Position numbers and translations under genes: made by a program. A stretch of DNA of 64,000 nucleotides, taken from the NCBI GenBank assembly GCA_030141605.1, contig JAQGDQ010000029.1:248001-312000 (forward strand). Reading direction: 5' to 3'. The stretch comes from Tubiluchus corallicola. Its lineage: Eukaryota > Animalia > Priapulida. This document shows, piece by piece, positions 36,701 to 51,700 of the stretch. The notes beneath the pieces are model-generated. The model saw nothing but the letters and a program-made list of their open reading frames with translations, had not been told where the DNA came from and did not search any database. Position 1 is the first letter of the stretch; each line of letters begins with the position of its first letter.

Positions 36701-39700
36701 ATATTCTTGAAAGAACTAAGCTAAACTTTAAGCAATAGCTAACACTACCTAGGTTAAAACAGCATAAATGAATTTACATTACTATGACACTAAGTCACTA
36801 ACCTTGCTGAAAGTGCCATTTTTTCCATTTGGGTAAAATATTATATGCATAATGCTACACCTTAGAGGGAATATCAGCGAAGTAAACTAGCGAATTAGTA
36901 ATTTGTACTGGAATTAGAAGACATTCAGCTGCAACCACAAAGGAGCAGCATAAGTAAAAAAGACACAATTTTGAGCCAGTTTTGAGAATTATTGATAAAT
37001 TAGTAATTTGCAATTTTGTCTAAAGTACATACATACTGTGGACAGTAAGAGCATGTCTAGAAAACTAACAACAGTGAATGTGTAAGACATCTTCATGTGT
37101 AAGTTATCGTAACAGTTTGTAGTTGTCCAGCAGCAGAAACTTGTTATCACTTTGAGCGATCTTGAAAAAAAGATCAACTCAATCTCAGCGAGTCCAGCGA
37201 GTGACCCACAAAAGCAAAGTCTATGAAATGAACAGTAATAGACAACAAGCCACGACACCACAACATCAAAGTGCTACATAATATAATAGACTTTTGCTTG
37301 AACTTCCTAGCACCAGTTAAACAAGTTGAAATTTACAAACGTTAATCAATATTTGTAATAAACTGAAGAGTTGGAGATATTTTCCAAAAGTGTACGTGTC
37401 GGCCTACACTGTACCAGAAAAAGCAATTTGTAGTTCCACATTTAAATTAGCAATGTCCCAATACGGACCACTTCAAAATCAATACTAGTAATATTGACGT
37501 GAAAACAGCAACTTCCGGAAAAAAGTTTCATGTTATCTGAATAAAGAAATGCCAATGAAATAGAAACAGATAGAAACAAAGAAGACTGTGCTAACGAGGA
37601 TAACACAAGTACGTAAATACATACAACATCCAGGGGTAGAAAGTCTCCTACACACAAATCATCAGTCACAGACGTGATGAAGCCATCACTAGAAAATTTC
37701 TCGGTACGCCTAGGGCATCCTTGTTTTCTCCTAAGAGGAGTCCCATCACTGGTTTCATCTAAAGGTTCGGCAAATGAAACCCTGCGATGCTAAAAAGTGA
37801 TACAATGATTGACTTTGACATAAAACCTGTTACATGATCAACTTGCAAACACCAAAGTACAAAAAACTTGAAATACAGCGTCATCATTTAGTCATGATGA
37901 GTATAAAAACTGTAAATTCACGATAATTGTTTCAAAAATTAAATTATTTAAAGCAACTAAGTAGAATTATTTATACAAACCTTGACTGGAGGTGAAGGTG
38001 AATCGGTTGTTGAAAGACCTTGCAATTTTCTCTTTAGGATCCCTGCACTAGGTGAACTTGACGGTGAAAATGGTTTCATTAGCTGATCACTGCGACCAGT
38101 TTTCAAAACTGTGCATGGTGAAGAATCCCTCTGCATGACGTTCTCTATTTTATCAGGTGAGCTCTCGTTCAAATCTTTTATGACATCATTTGCTGATGAC
38201 AACCCTGTAGCAGTAGGACTGCCTACTATAGCTTCTTTTGCAGCAGTAAAAGGTGAAGTTGCCAATCGCAGCATCTGCAAAGAGCGACTAGAACGGTGTA
38301 AATCTGAGAAGCACGGAGACAAACTTCGCGGAAGTTTCCTCTGTTTGGAGGATCGTTGGGAAGACAATGCTTTTTCTCTCAATCGGCTCCTAAACGTGGG
38401 ACTAACCTTCGAAGGACAATCTTTCTTTTCGGAAATGTGAATTCGCTCTTGAGCTTCATATGGTGCTAGTGATGCATTGCTTGATAAAGGTTCATCTGAT
38501 AACTTTTTAGAAAGAGCAATAGTCTCTGTTGTCTGCTCACTAGAGCAAGCATGCGGAGATGTTTCACAACCGCTCGAGTCAATTTCACCATCTTTTGTAT
38601 GTGAGCAAAGAGATGATGCATCATGTTCTGCAGTATCCTTACATTTTCCCACTAACCTGTCATTTGCTTTAACTTCAAAGAGATCAGCGCAGGAATCAAC
38701 AGGGTGTTCTGAAATGTTACTAGCACAATGTTTCTCTACAGACACAGGCATTGCTCGATTTCCTGAATCCAAGTTGCTATTTTGAATGTTTGGATCATGT
38801 ATGTCTGCTGTTACTATCATCACAGACTTTGCTGGTGTATCAGTGAAATCATCAGTGTTAGTGTTCATATCAATTACATCCATCGAAGTTTTCTCGGCAA
38901 TATCAATTAAATCCTCGTTATGAAAGGCATTCCTGGTTTCCTGAATAGCAGAAGTCGTGCAATTTTGCTCATCTTTACTAACCATATGGTTTTGAATGAC
39001 AGGTGGTCTATCATTGTCACTAATTTCACATTTTTTCTCCTTTAACTCAACTTGCACATCCACCAAAGCTTCAGATTGACGATCAGTCATTTTCACTTCA
39101 TTCTCAGAAACATCAGCATTTTTTTCCGTTATGTCAAGTTTCTTTTCCTTTACTAATTTATTCTTACTTAAGGATGACAATTGACTAACAATTTTGGACT
39201 TAGTTTGAGAACTACGAGTAGACTTTTTTTGAAGCTTTCTACTGCGAAGCTTCATGGACCCTCTAAGTGCTTTGCTTTTAGATTTATTTAGTGTTTTCCT
39301 ACAACAATGTTGTGTTACTCCTTTGTCAAGGTGCAGAAAAACTTGTTCATCGACTTTTAAGTCACAATCAACCAGAGAATTGCCAAAAACTGTTTCCTTT
39401 GTTTGTTTTTGGCTATTTCTGTCAATATGATTGTTCTCTGACTGACTGATATTTTGTTTGTTTTGCTCAAAATTTACTCGATAGTGAATCTGAGAATTAG
39501 AGGTTTTGGTTCTTTGATTGTGCCGAGTAGTAAGCCGAGAAGACCGTCGTTTAGCTATGATGTCATTTCCTGAAACTTCACATTTTGCTACCTTCTGCTT
39601 TTTTGATCTTGTAATAGATTGTCTGGCTTGTACATTTTTCATTTTTAGCTTTGCTCGTTCTCGATCAACCACATCAGTTACTTTTTCAATATCAGTCTCA

Positions 39701-42700
39701 GTTAATACTGCCACATCATCTGTACTACTTTGACTTAATCTAGACTGGAGTCTAAATTCCAGAGGATATTCAGATTTGGTTGTTTGATCTGTTAAAGGTG
39801 ACACCCTAGAAGCTATTGTTTGATCACAACCAGTTTTGGCTGCACTATTCGACCTTTCTGCATCATTTGAATCAAAACATTCATCATTGTATTTCTCATT
39901 CACTAAAGGTTTCACATTAGTTGTTCCAAATTTTTCTAACGATACAACTTCTTTTTTAACATTCTGATGTTTCAAGCAACTACCAATTTCCATTATTTCT
40001 TTTACCGACCTGGTTTTAGAAAGTTTGCTCAAATACTTCTTATTGAGGGAGGGTGTCCCACTCAACCACTCTCCACTTAGAAACTTCCTTGGAGCAATTG
40101 TTTTTCTTGTAGACCTCTTAGCACTTTTTTTAGTTTCATTTACTTGGACTGCTGCCTCTAAATTATCATCACCTCTGCATTTTAACTCATCAGAATGTTT
40201 CTGCTTTGTACTGTTGTTATCTAAAGTAACAGCCTGGCAAATAGTTTCGGAGTCTTGCTTTTTAGATAAGATGTCTGCAACTTGTCGTTCACCAAAATTA
40301 CAAGATAATATAAATTTGGTATCAACCTCAGTCAGCTTATTGTTCACTTCTTTGTTAGTAATCAAACTTGGTGAGGCTGGAGATGAATGAGATCTTTTTA
40401 AATTTTTCTTTTCGATTTTATATCTCTTGCTCCTAGTAATAATAGGTTCATTTTTTCTTTCTTTCAAACAAGTAATAAGTTCCATAGCATTTTGGCTACT
40501 AGACCCAGTAGGCACACTTGAAAAATGAACTTTGCTATCTAAGCTAGAAGCATCATTACATATTTGTGCTGGAAAGTTTTTGCTGATAACTTCAACATCG
40601 TTTGCGCCATTTTCTTGCCCTTGTATTTCATTCAAAATATCATTTGTATTGTTTGGTTTGTTCTGAACATCACAGAAATTAAGAACTGATTCCTGTGAAC
40701 ATGGGATTATATCTTCGTCATCACTTTTTATAGGTTTTATCTCAGCAAGATCTTGAGACCTTTCAGGATTCTCCTTCATTCCTTTTCTAAGTTTAGTAAA
40801 TTTCGACTTTTTGGTCAAAGACGCGCTGTTTTTCTCGCAGTCTTGTAACACTGGTGATTCTAGTCCACCTTTTACACTCATGCTCAACGACGAAACTGTT
40901 TCCACTGGCAATTTTTCTAAGAAGACCTTAGCTTGAGTTGCTACTAAAACATTTTTCAGCATTTGGTCATTTAATTTTGCTGCATCAGTGCAAATTGGAG
41001 GACTGCAGCTTACTGGTGCCATGCACGCTTCATCGTAAGTCGACACTGGCTCATCCAACAAGGAACAACTATGTGGATGGTCTACCGAAAAAATGTCAGA
41101 TGGCGCTGCTCCACAGTTGTCATTCGAAGAGGAATTTGCCTTATCAATGTCAGGCCTCATATTGTTGCATGTAACACTATTTAGTTGACTACTGCAGTTA
41201 GTGCAAAATGCTGGACTTTGAACATCTGATTTATGAGCTAATTCTCCACTAGTTAATATACAATCATTTGGCTGATTATTGCTACGTCTGGGTGACTTAG
41301 TTATCCAGTTGTCAAGATAGCCTTGTCTAATTGGAGACTTCTTATTGTGTGCATCTGGTCCTGACCTTTTTGTTGGTGTAACGTTCATGTCTTTTTCGTC
41401 ACTTGCTATATCACTTTTTGAATTACTTTGCATAAACTTATCACTATTGTGAAAACTTACTGTTTCTTGCTTGTTAATCACTGCTAAATCATTCCCACCT
41501 TTCCCATCTTCAGAATCAACAGCACTTACTTCAGTAATGTACAAAACTGAATCAGTGGTTGATTGATTAGCATCAGTTGTTGATTTATCATCAGTCTTAG
41601 TTGTTCCCTCCACTGCAACAACCTCATGTGTAGATGTTTCTGCTACTTTATCTGCTGGTGTAACATTCAAGCATTCTTTCTCGGTAGTCATAATATCCGA
41701 AAATGTCACACGTTTCTTACATTTACTTTTGCGCCTAACTGCCTTCTCACTCTTGCCTTTATTGTCATCATCAGTCAACATTTTAGTTCCATCTGAGTTT
41801 TCTACTGTTTCATCCAGTACGACTACGCTGTTATCGCCATTTGTCTCACCACTTACTCCACCTTGATCAAGTAGCGGTTTTATTAGCCCTGTAAATGCTG
41901 TATTCCTAAAATCAGCTGTATGCTTTTCTAAAAGACTTTGGCTGAAAAAAACAAGAAAATTAGAAAACTTAAGTCTGTGTAGCTAGTACTAAATGTATTC
42001 ATATTTTCGATAGCAATTTGCTGACTAACATACAAAAAAATACGAGATATGCCTATGTTAGAACAGAATATTAAATCACCTTCAAAGAGCATATTAGATT
42101 GTCGTGATGCCAAAACCCTATTCTATTTTCACAGAGCAGTTTTAAGATTTACGTTTATTTTAGAAATAATGGTAAGCATGTAAACCTTGGTACAAGTCAC
42201 GATGAATTAATCAACAGAATATTTGCATAATGGTCCGTGGCAAGTTAGTAGTCGTTAAAATATAACTAGTGTTACAATATACGTAATAGAACACAATACC
42301 TTAAAATTAAACAAAACTAAACTGACTAAAGTACTAAAACGAAAAAATTGTAAGATAGTTTGTAAAATTATATATAGGTTAAAAGCAAAAGTTCGATAAA
42401 AGCACTAAATTGGACAAGTTAAAGTTCTTTGCAAAATTAATCATAACAAAAACAAAAATTAAACAAAATTAGGCAAAAGTACAAAATTAGACAAGTTATC
42501 AAACACATTGTAAAATCACACATAAAGCAAAGGTCAGTTGTAAGATTTTCAGTCTTTAAATCTGTTTATCTTTAAAATTTAATTAATAAAAATTTATGAC
42601 ACATAAAATACAAAGAAACAATTTTCAAATGTAATATGAGGACGGATTAAAGAGATTAGTCGCCCATTTGAAATATTAATGACTAGGCACACTGCATAAA

Positions 42701-45700
42701 ATCATCAATGGACTCTATATTGTCACCTATATCGCCTTTTGCCTCATTGTTTCAGACACTACAATTAAATATTAAAAGCTATATAATCCTAATTAAAAAG
42801 CATAGAAAGCTCACCTGTCCTGAGTCATTTGGGTATCTGTAATAAACTGTGAGGTAAGACTGACGTCTTGAGATGAATCTAAAGTGCTATACAATGCCGG
42901 AACATCATGGCTATGGCTCCTCAACTTCTCTTTTTGATGTTCGGTTAGGACAAATTTCTTTTTTGGAGATGGAGCAATAAAAACAAAATTCTAAAATGAA
43001 ATCAACAATTGAATTTAGAAAATTAAATTTCATTATACGATGAGTAACGTGTCAGAAACTAATCAAGTTAAAGTCAAACATCAAAACAAAATGATACTTG
43101 ATTATGTTTACCTCGTTTGGCATGTCATCAACTTTTAGTTGTCGTCTTGTGCGTCTTGCTGGCGAAGCCACTTTTTCATCAGAGGTAGATACATGTTTTG
43201 CTTTTTCAATCTCCCGACGCAAGAAACTTCCATGCTTTTTATGGGGTGATGGGGAACCGGCGATGTGTGACTCAAATGCAGGTGGCTAAGTATAGAAAAT
43301 GTTAGCAGGAAACACTTAATGACAATTTATATAGACCACATTGTCAAATAAAGAACAATAGCATTGTTTGGAAATGCTGCCAGGGCTACTGTAAAATGAG
43401 CTGTGTGAACTTAAACCACAGGTGAATATTATGGCACTTACAACTGTCAGGTCAAAAACATATTCATAGATTTTTCCCAAAATATACAATTTATGTGAAA
43501 CAAAAAGAGCAAAGTTAGCTTGCAGACTAAAGCGAAAAACACAAAAATAAACAAATACACCTATCCCTGGCATTTATTAAACACTCGCAGAAACAACAAA
43601 AATTTTTGTTAACATTTGAAATTGAGCTAAAATATTTTGCACTTTATCCATTAATCAATATAAAGTATGGTATTAAATTTAAATATGTAAAAATAACCTT
43701 TCTAACTAATGAAATGTCCTTTGCTGCTACACCATGAGTGCCTTGGAGATTGATAACTTGATCTAGACATGATCTATTAAAAAAAACTAATTAGAATACC
43801 TGTTTAATAAACTGTCATTTAATGAATTTTACTTTATGTACTAGGTACCATGTACCCAGTACTAAGTAACTGTAAAGGGATTATGATTTGAATAATGCAA
43901 GTATGAAATGAACTAAAATGGCACTAAACCAACAAAAAAAACATACTTAAGACTATCGGGATAATCGTTGCTGGTTTGTCCAAATGTAGCATGCCATAGA
44001 ATCATTGACTGGTTTCGCAATGTTTGTTTCTTGTGTAAGAGCATAACTTGAAGTAACGGAGATACAGCTGCTAGAATCTCATTGTCATACATGTAACCAT
44101 ATCGACTTTGAAGACAAGTGCAGATGTCTACCCACAGTTTTTCTAACTGAAATTTTTGGAATACTTATAATAAACATACGTTATCAGGTTGCAACTACAA
44201 CTGCACCACTAAAAAAAATCACTCATATTTTAGCTAAATTTACAGCAGTTAATAAATGATTAATTTTTATTCCCATTTATTTAAAGCTGATGAACTAATC
44301 AAGAACCTCTAAATTCCCAAAATCATTCATATTTAATGTAAGTGTAACAAACTTTCGTGCCCCACATTAGACTTAAAATGTAGAAAATGTAATAACTCTT
44401 GAGGTTATCTTCAAATGGAATCCATTAAAGTTCTCAGAACTGGTCTAAGCACAACTGTCATTGGTGCAAAACAAAACAAATAACTCAAAATGCTCAATAA
44501 TGGAAAAGGCTGTTTAATCAAGTGGATCGAATTCCAAACATCTATAAAATATTGATAAAGAGTTTTAAGATAACTTTAAAAGTATATTCAACTGATAAAT
44601 GACAGGGCTTATTATAAAAATTTAGTAGCCTCTGTAAGCTAAAAACGATCAATCTAATTATACCTTTAAAAGATTTGAGCTACGAACAGAGTACCAAAGG
44701 AAATAAAAAAATACCTTTTCTACAATGTACTGCTGGCACACAGAATCCAAAGGCTTTTCTCCGATCCATTCATAAAAAACTGACAAATGTTTGGAAAGCT
44801 TTTGGAAAAATGTTAACAGAACTGGAGCTGAAGTCAGGTTGTTGACGAGAGTGATGACTACAGACAATGCACTGCAAGCAATGTTCGCCAAATGCGAACA
44901 ATCATGGTCCTGAAATTTAGGAGTAGAACTAATTTACTGTAAGAAACCACCATGTTGTCTACTTTAAGCAAGTACCTACTGATATGTTGATAACAATTAT
45001 TTAAGCTAATATAGTAATATTAATATAGTAAAATTCAAACTAGGAAGCTTACTTCAGCATGTAAAATGGTCAACTGCTCAAGACTCAAATCAGTAAGGTC
45101 TACCAGTTCTGTTAAGTTGCCCAATGGACGAACCTTCTTGCGATTTGCCCTACTGGTATCTTTTGTTCCTACAGAAACAGGCATTTATTTTACAAAATTA
45201 ACTAGAAGGATTCACTTTTAATGTAACTAAAACAAACCATGAACTTATACTGTTTAGACGCTATGTACTTCCTGCCCAAGTTATTCACATTCTTAGCTCA
45301 TTAAACCATTAAAAAGACCACTACTCATTGCATTTTCGAAAATTATTACCATTTAATGGCACACGTGTGCTTTCTGACTTACTGCTATTTACAAGTCCAA
45401 CCATATAGCAGTACCAAAAGATAGCAGTATCTGCAAGGTAAGCAGTGCCTAGTAGTCCCTACCAACTAACTACAAAACGTTTAAGTTTTGACACAAAGGC
45501 ATTAACTAATTAGTTATCATAACTCACAATCTTATTAGCTTGGCTATCTTCTCCACTTAAAAATGTAAAAATAAATCAGCAAATCACTCTACCACTCTCT
45601 TAGTGCAAGCGGCATTTAAATCTGTGATTATCTACAGAACTATATTTATTTTGTTACAATTCAATAAATGCACCTTTTTGTATGCCAGGAGCCAGGAAGT

Positions 45701-48700
45701 TAATATTTGTGCCAAAAATAGATAAAATTTTCACAATAACATCCAAGTATTGCAGATTCTATAAAAGAAGAAAACACTGGTTATTACAACAAAAATTAAT
45801 AATAGCACACTGTCATAGCATAAATGATTAAATAAGACAATAGCTTCACATTTGCAAAGAACAAAAACAATAATTTTCAAGAATTAAGTTAAGCACAATT
45901 GCAAGCCATGAAACTACACCCTCAAATACAATGATTTTTGACAGCCATATGAAAATGTTCTTGTACACTCTCTATTCAACTACAAACACTGAAATGCTGC
46001 TATAAAGACACATTTTCTTGAAAACTATGTTAAGAGATATTTCCAAAAGTATTAATTAACCACAGCTATTATTTGTATGTGGGGAGTAAAAGAATATAAA
46101 AATCTATCCATGTCCCAAGTTACTCATTGCCCATTACAAAAATAATTTTATTCATATGCAAGCAAAAACACCATGAGTAGAATTTATGGCAGTGCACAAT
46201 AGGGATGTCACGAATCTCGGGTCCGTAATAATTTTCAAATCTGGAATGACAAAAAATCACACTCATCTATGTTGTGTGCATCATTGTGCTAAAACATACA
46301 AGAAATCTTAGCACTTTCATTGAAACTAACAGTTAAATTTGTAATGTGGTACATGCCTTTGTAAGGAATTTGCTGACTTGGACACAAGCTGAAACTGAAC
46401 ATGTCGACATTTGCGTATTTCAAGTAGGACAAAATCATCAGAAAAGGCAGTGAATTAAGTCAGTTTGCTCAAAATAAAGGTAAAAGTGTGTTTGTAATAT
46501 AGATAATAGATTCTGTAATAAAGCGCTACCAATTCGCTGTACGCTCGAAGCTAAACCATTTTTTAAAAAAAAATTCAGCAGAATTGGGTGGGATGTTAAG
46601 TAACATAGAACTTTAATGAATCAAACTGAACCAAAGTTCTGATACGAATGCGGTGTCGAAGCTCAGGTTCTGACGGAGATTAGTGACAACCTAGTGCTCA
46701 ATTACAAAAAATTTCTTTTACTAACAACATGCTTTAACAAACCTTCAATTTCTCTTCTCTAAAGTTGTTTATTATTCTAGCGCACAGATCACTACAGCAA
46801 ATGTTTAGCTCAGCAGTAACAACTAAAGCAGCACACCTATCAAGCGCTTCATATAACTCCTTCCACAATTTAACGAGCTGTTTCCCTGTACCCTTTAAAC
46901 AAAGAAATCATATAACCACTTGATTACTATAAAAATTAAAAACTGCAAACAAGCAAAGTATTCCTCTGCACACTGACCATACTGAAACAAGGAACAAGGT
47001 GAATAGATGCATGTTAACGGTGTGCGCCTGGCTTCTGCAGTTAAGCAGTGCCGATGTTTATTGTGGATGGGTGTGCGACACTAGGCTCACAACTCCACTC
47101 TGGGTGGTTTCATTCACCACACTGATTTTGGCTGTTTATTTTACGGAAAGAGGACATAATCGCATTCAAACATGACTGAGACCCTTCTGTAACCGTAGCA
47201 GAGCATAAGTTAACTCCTATTAGTCCTGCATATACAACTAATATCAATCTGTCATACACATGATGTACAAAAATACGATAGAAGTCCATATGCTCATATA
47301 CTCATTTTTTAAATTAATCTGCAAGTATAGGAAAATTTTTTTATATTTTCATGTATAGGTTTTACTCTAAATAACTTTAACAAACTTTAATAAATTTAGC
47401 AGTACACAACTACGAACCACTATTTGCAGAAATCATGAATGCAATACAGTGCATGAAAAAGTTAGGGAGAATTGAGAAACAGGAATTTGTAACTGGTTTC
47501 TTTACAATATAGCAATTTTATGTTTCATCATTTGCATAAACCACTTCAGCTTACTATAAATTTGTGAATTAGATCTTTTCACATTTCAAATTCTAAATAT
47601 ATTATGCCAGTAAACGCTAATGAGCACTGTTGAATTAAAATAGCATTCATAGAAGCTTTGAACTTAGTGTCACATGCTGCTATAATGCAATTTTAGAGCA
47701 AGCATACAGAAACTTGACAACTAACCTCGGGAAGATTTTTCTGAGCTAGGTGCTGCACAGGTAGCATAAGAACCGCATACAAGCAGGTGAAATCATGTTC
47801 TAAAGCGTCACCTTGATTAACTTCATTTGTCTGGAATAAAAAATTGTACAAGGAAAATGTAAAAATACATTTTCAAGCATCGCCTTTTTATTTGTGTTTA
47901 TACAAAGCATTGTCACAATAACTAAATTAATAAACTAATTAACAAATGCATTTATGCATAATTAATCAATGAAGTGTTCAATTAAGATTAAAAAACTAAC
48001 TTGATTTATGTGACTCAGCAAAGAGCTAGCAATACTGCGCCACATTTGCCACATGACATCCAAACTCCTGACGTATTCGACACTTTTCTCCAATGTCTCA
48101 GTTACAGTCTGCAGAAAGCTCAGAGTGGAAGAGTGACTGTTTGCTTCCACCAATGAATTAAACACAAAAAGAAACTGATGGTTGGAATCAGATAGCTCTA
48201 ACAGTTGTTTGTTAAGCAGTAACCGAATCAAGAATAAGGACGGTGTGCCCTAGAAAATGTAAAATGTAAATCATGTGGAAAAACATAATGTACAGTGAGT
48301 GACATAAGAAGATGATTCAATGTTGCCTTATTTTGATTTTAATTTAGCAAAAATGTTACATCTGATAGAGAAAACTTTATACACATTATCAGTAATTATG
48401 ACCTTGTTACACTTACGCTTTTTTACACTTGCTAACTTGATGAACTGACCCGATCATGAATGCCAAATGAAGGTATGGCAAGAAGAAAGCAAACTACTTC
48501 TACTGGGTGCAACAAAATGGCATTTACTGCCTTGAAGGAAGGAGCATGTTTCTTCTTAAATATGAGTATTTTCAGCACTGCTTTTTCTGATTTGTGAGCA
48601 GGGTGACAATGTTTAAAGACATGAACAACGTTTATCCATTCTGAACTTAAATTATGTAAACAGACTAAGTTACTCCATAGTAGTGAGGCTGGAGAACAGT

Positions 48701-51700
48701 TAGCGTTCAACTTTTACCATCTTTAACAATGATGACAAAATAGTTTACAAGCGTTTTCTTACAGCTTTAACACAGTCAACAATCAAATCTCCTCACTATT
48801 AGCAATTTTGTTAAAAACACAATAACATTATCAGCACATAACTAAAATGATAACATTTTAAATAAAAATGACTTACATGGATTAACGATACACTAGCAAC
48901 ATGGTACGAATGTGAACTTAAGACAGACTTGGGCAGAAGAATAATTTTCTCTAGTAGTGTCTGTAAAAAACAAAAGATAAATTATAAATATAACAATGTG
49001 CATAATATTCAGGCAAATCTGTTGACAAGGTTCTTATTAGCAAAAAAATAATAATTTACTGCTACTGTTGAGCCATTCAGCAATATTATTCAGCCATAAG
49101 GATTAAAATTACAAACATGTCAAGTATTGTGTTTAACAATTTCTACTTCTGCATTTCAACATTAAGAGTACCTTAGTTAACACATTTATAATTTCAATTA
49201 TTTATTTCACAGCCCAAATCAATCCTCACCAAATGAGAAAAATTACGGGGGGAAAAATTACCAAGTAAAACTTAAAAACTTTACCAAGACGACAGAAGGT
49301 CGAAGAAATTGATCACAGCAAATATTTTCAATCGTGCGAAGTAAATGAGACATAACATCCACCGTGTCAGTCTTATTTCCAGCATCTATTACAGTTTTAG
49401 CATTGCCAATGAAATTTTCCCATGTCAAAATCAACAGATCATCTACACAACATAAATAAAATAGGTAAAATGATAAAACAAAGCAGGTAAAATACTTGTG
49501 GCAAGAGCAAATAGAATAGAGCAAAACAAATTCTTACAGTACATCTCAAACTCAGAGGTATGCCAAATTATTCAACAAATGAAAGCTGCAATACAAAACT
49601 AAAAATCAACTGTCTTGCAACTTGTAATAAAAATTCTAGCAATGAAAGTGGTACTAATTAACGAAAGTTATAGTGACACTCATTAATTCAACAGCCACTT
49701 AAGTTATTTAAAGGGAAAAATTTTTACTCTTTAAAAAAGGTTAATAATTAAGTCATTTTAACTAACATATTTAAAAAGTACAGCGCAATAAAACATTTAA
49801 AATTACAAATGTAAGTAAACATTTGAGTCAAAAATAACACAACTTTATTAAAAACTTTACATTAAAAAGTTAAAAGTTAAAATCAGAACCAAATATTTCG
49901 ACTAGCTGTTGCTGTCATCATCAGTGGTAAATTTACAAACATACAATCAGTTTATATAGGCAGAGGCTATTATGCACTAATTAAGTAGTTAACAGAAGCC
50001 AAACAAGTAAAGAATAAACATATCAGTAAAGAAATTTTGAACTACAAATGTTTTTTATGTGCCTGTAATAAAACTTGGCACAGACATAAGTCTTGTCGTT
50101 ACAAAAAAAAATTATTTATTATTTAAGTATCAAGTCTACGTACCATTATCACTATTTCCTCCAAGCAGGCTGCAAAAATCAATAAATGCAGAAAAAAGTG
50201 TTGAACAGTGTGTTGCAAACACTCCTGGGCTTACGAATGCTTTTACAGAAAGACTCTCTGCCAATGCAAAAACAAAACACACAAAGATTTACATTAAACG
50301 ACTATTTTCACTTAGCTTGACTTCTCTTATTCCATATGTTAACAGGACAGTCTGACAGAGACTAACATTCAAACAACTATAAATTTGTTTAGAAACATTT
50401 TTTCATAACATAGAGTACACTCCTTAACTGGCCAACATCACATGTTAGTGACATTTGTATTACAAAAGTTTCAAATTCCATTATGTATCTAAAAAGTGAC
50501 ATACCATGCAATGAAACAAGTTGCTTGTGAGAATTAATCATTATTGTACTACAAATAGATCGTCAAGGTTTAAGTTTATGACTTGATAACTGTAATAATA
50601 AGTTAATAGCACATTTAAAAATTCTGATCAATTACTTGAACACAGACACTTACTAATAGTGATGTGGCTCTGCAGGGCTGATGCTAGTGCTCCTTCTGGG
50701 TCGACGAGCAACACAGCAAGAACCTCGAGTCCAAGACGATAAAGTTCAGGACAGACAAATTTTCCTTTAGGGCTCTTTGGCGTGTGGCAGCCAGGACTAC
50801 TAACAGGAGTAGCAGGGCTGTTTAATGAAGAACTGGGAGCAGCAGCCTCTGATATGTTACGAAGAGCTGTGCATGAAAACAAACATTATGAGAGACAAAC
50901 AGAAATTCCTTAGAATAAAGCATTGCAAGAATAAAATTAAAAGTTCTTATACAGTAGTTGCCGCTTAATAGACTCACGTTGAGTAGACTCAATCACCTAA
51001 TTGACTCAAAAATGCCTGGTATGGGCTGCTTCTATTCAAATGTGCATAAAAACTGTCAGAAATTGACTCAACTAAATCTGCATAATTGACTCAATATTTT
51101 TCCTTCACATACTTAAAATAAGACATTTGTGTGTGCCCAAACAGCCTTTCCTACTTATGTCATCTTTAATTCGTTTTTGTGCACTATAATGTAGGTAGAA
51201 AATATCATGTTAAGTACCATTTTGTTTGCAAGCAGGCACATTTATCATATGCTAATACGCTAGCAGAGCAGTTTTGCTTTGTATCTGTTGCCCACTCGTC
51301 CACTGCAATTAACCTTGTTACCCAAGAATTTCAGGAAGCTAAACATTTAATCACTTGTCGAACCGCTTCGTTTTGAAACTCTCGTTGCGAATCACGCTTT
51401 CACACTTAATCAGTTAACAGTTAAAGATGCAGTTACAGTAATCAGCCGGTATTTCTTGTGGCTTACAAGTGTTAACGTCATACAGTGAATAAGAGCATAG
51501 AGTTAAGAAGTTTGAAAAATGGAGCATAAATGCAAAAATCTAACAATTAAGGGAAAACTGAAAATTTCAGAGCAGTATGATAAACTTCCAAAGATGGGGT
51601 AGAGGTGTGCAGCAGTGGAGTTGAAAATTCCCCAAAGAATTCTCAGCAGAATTTTGAAAAAAAAATCTATCTAAAATTTAGCAGTCAGCAAGCCAAAATG

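Noticed and set aside
38111-41174. Plus-strand ORFs antisense to the RIF1 giant exon
   Set aside because: Shadow ORFs of a long coding exon with no recognisable motifs.
37957-41781. Stand-alone 1274-aa intronless gene
   Set aside because: Splice sites at 41942 and 37980 join it in frame to flanking RIF1 exons.
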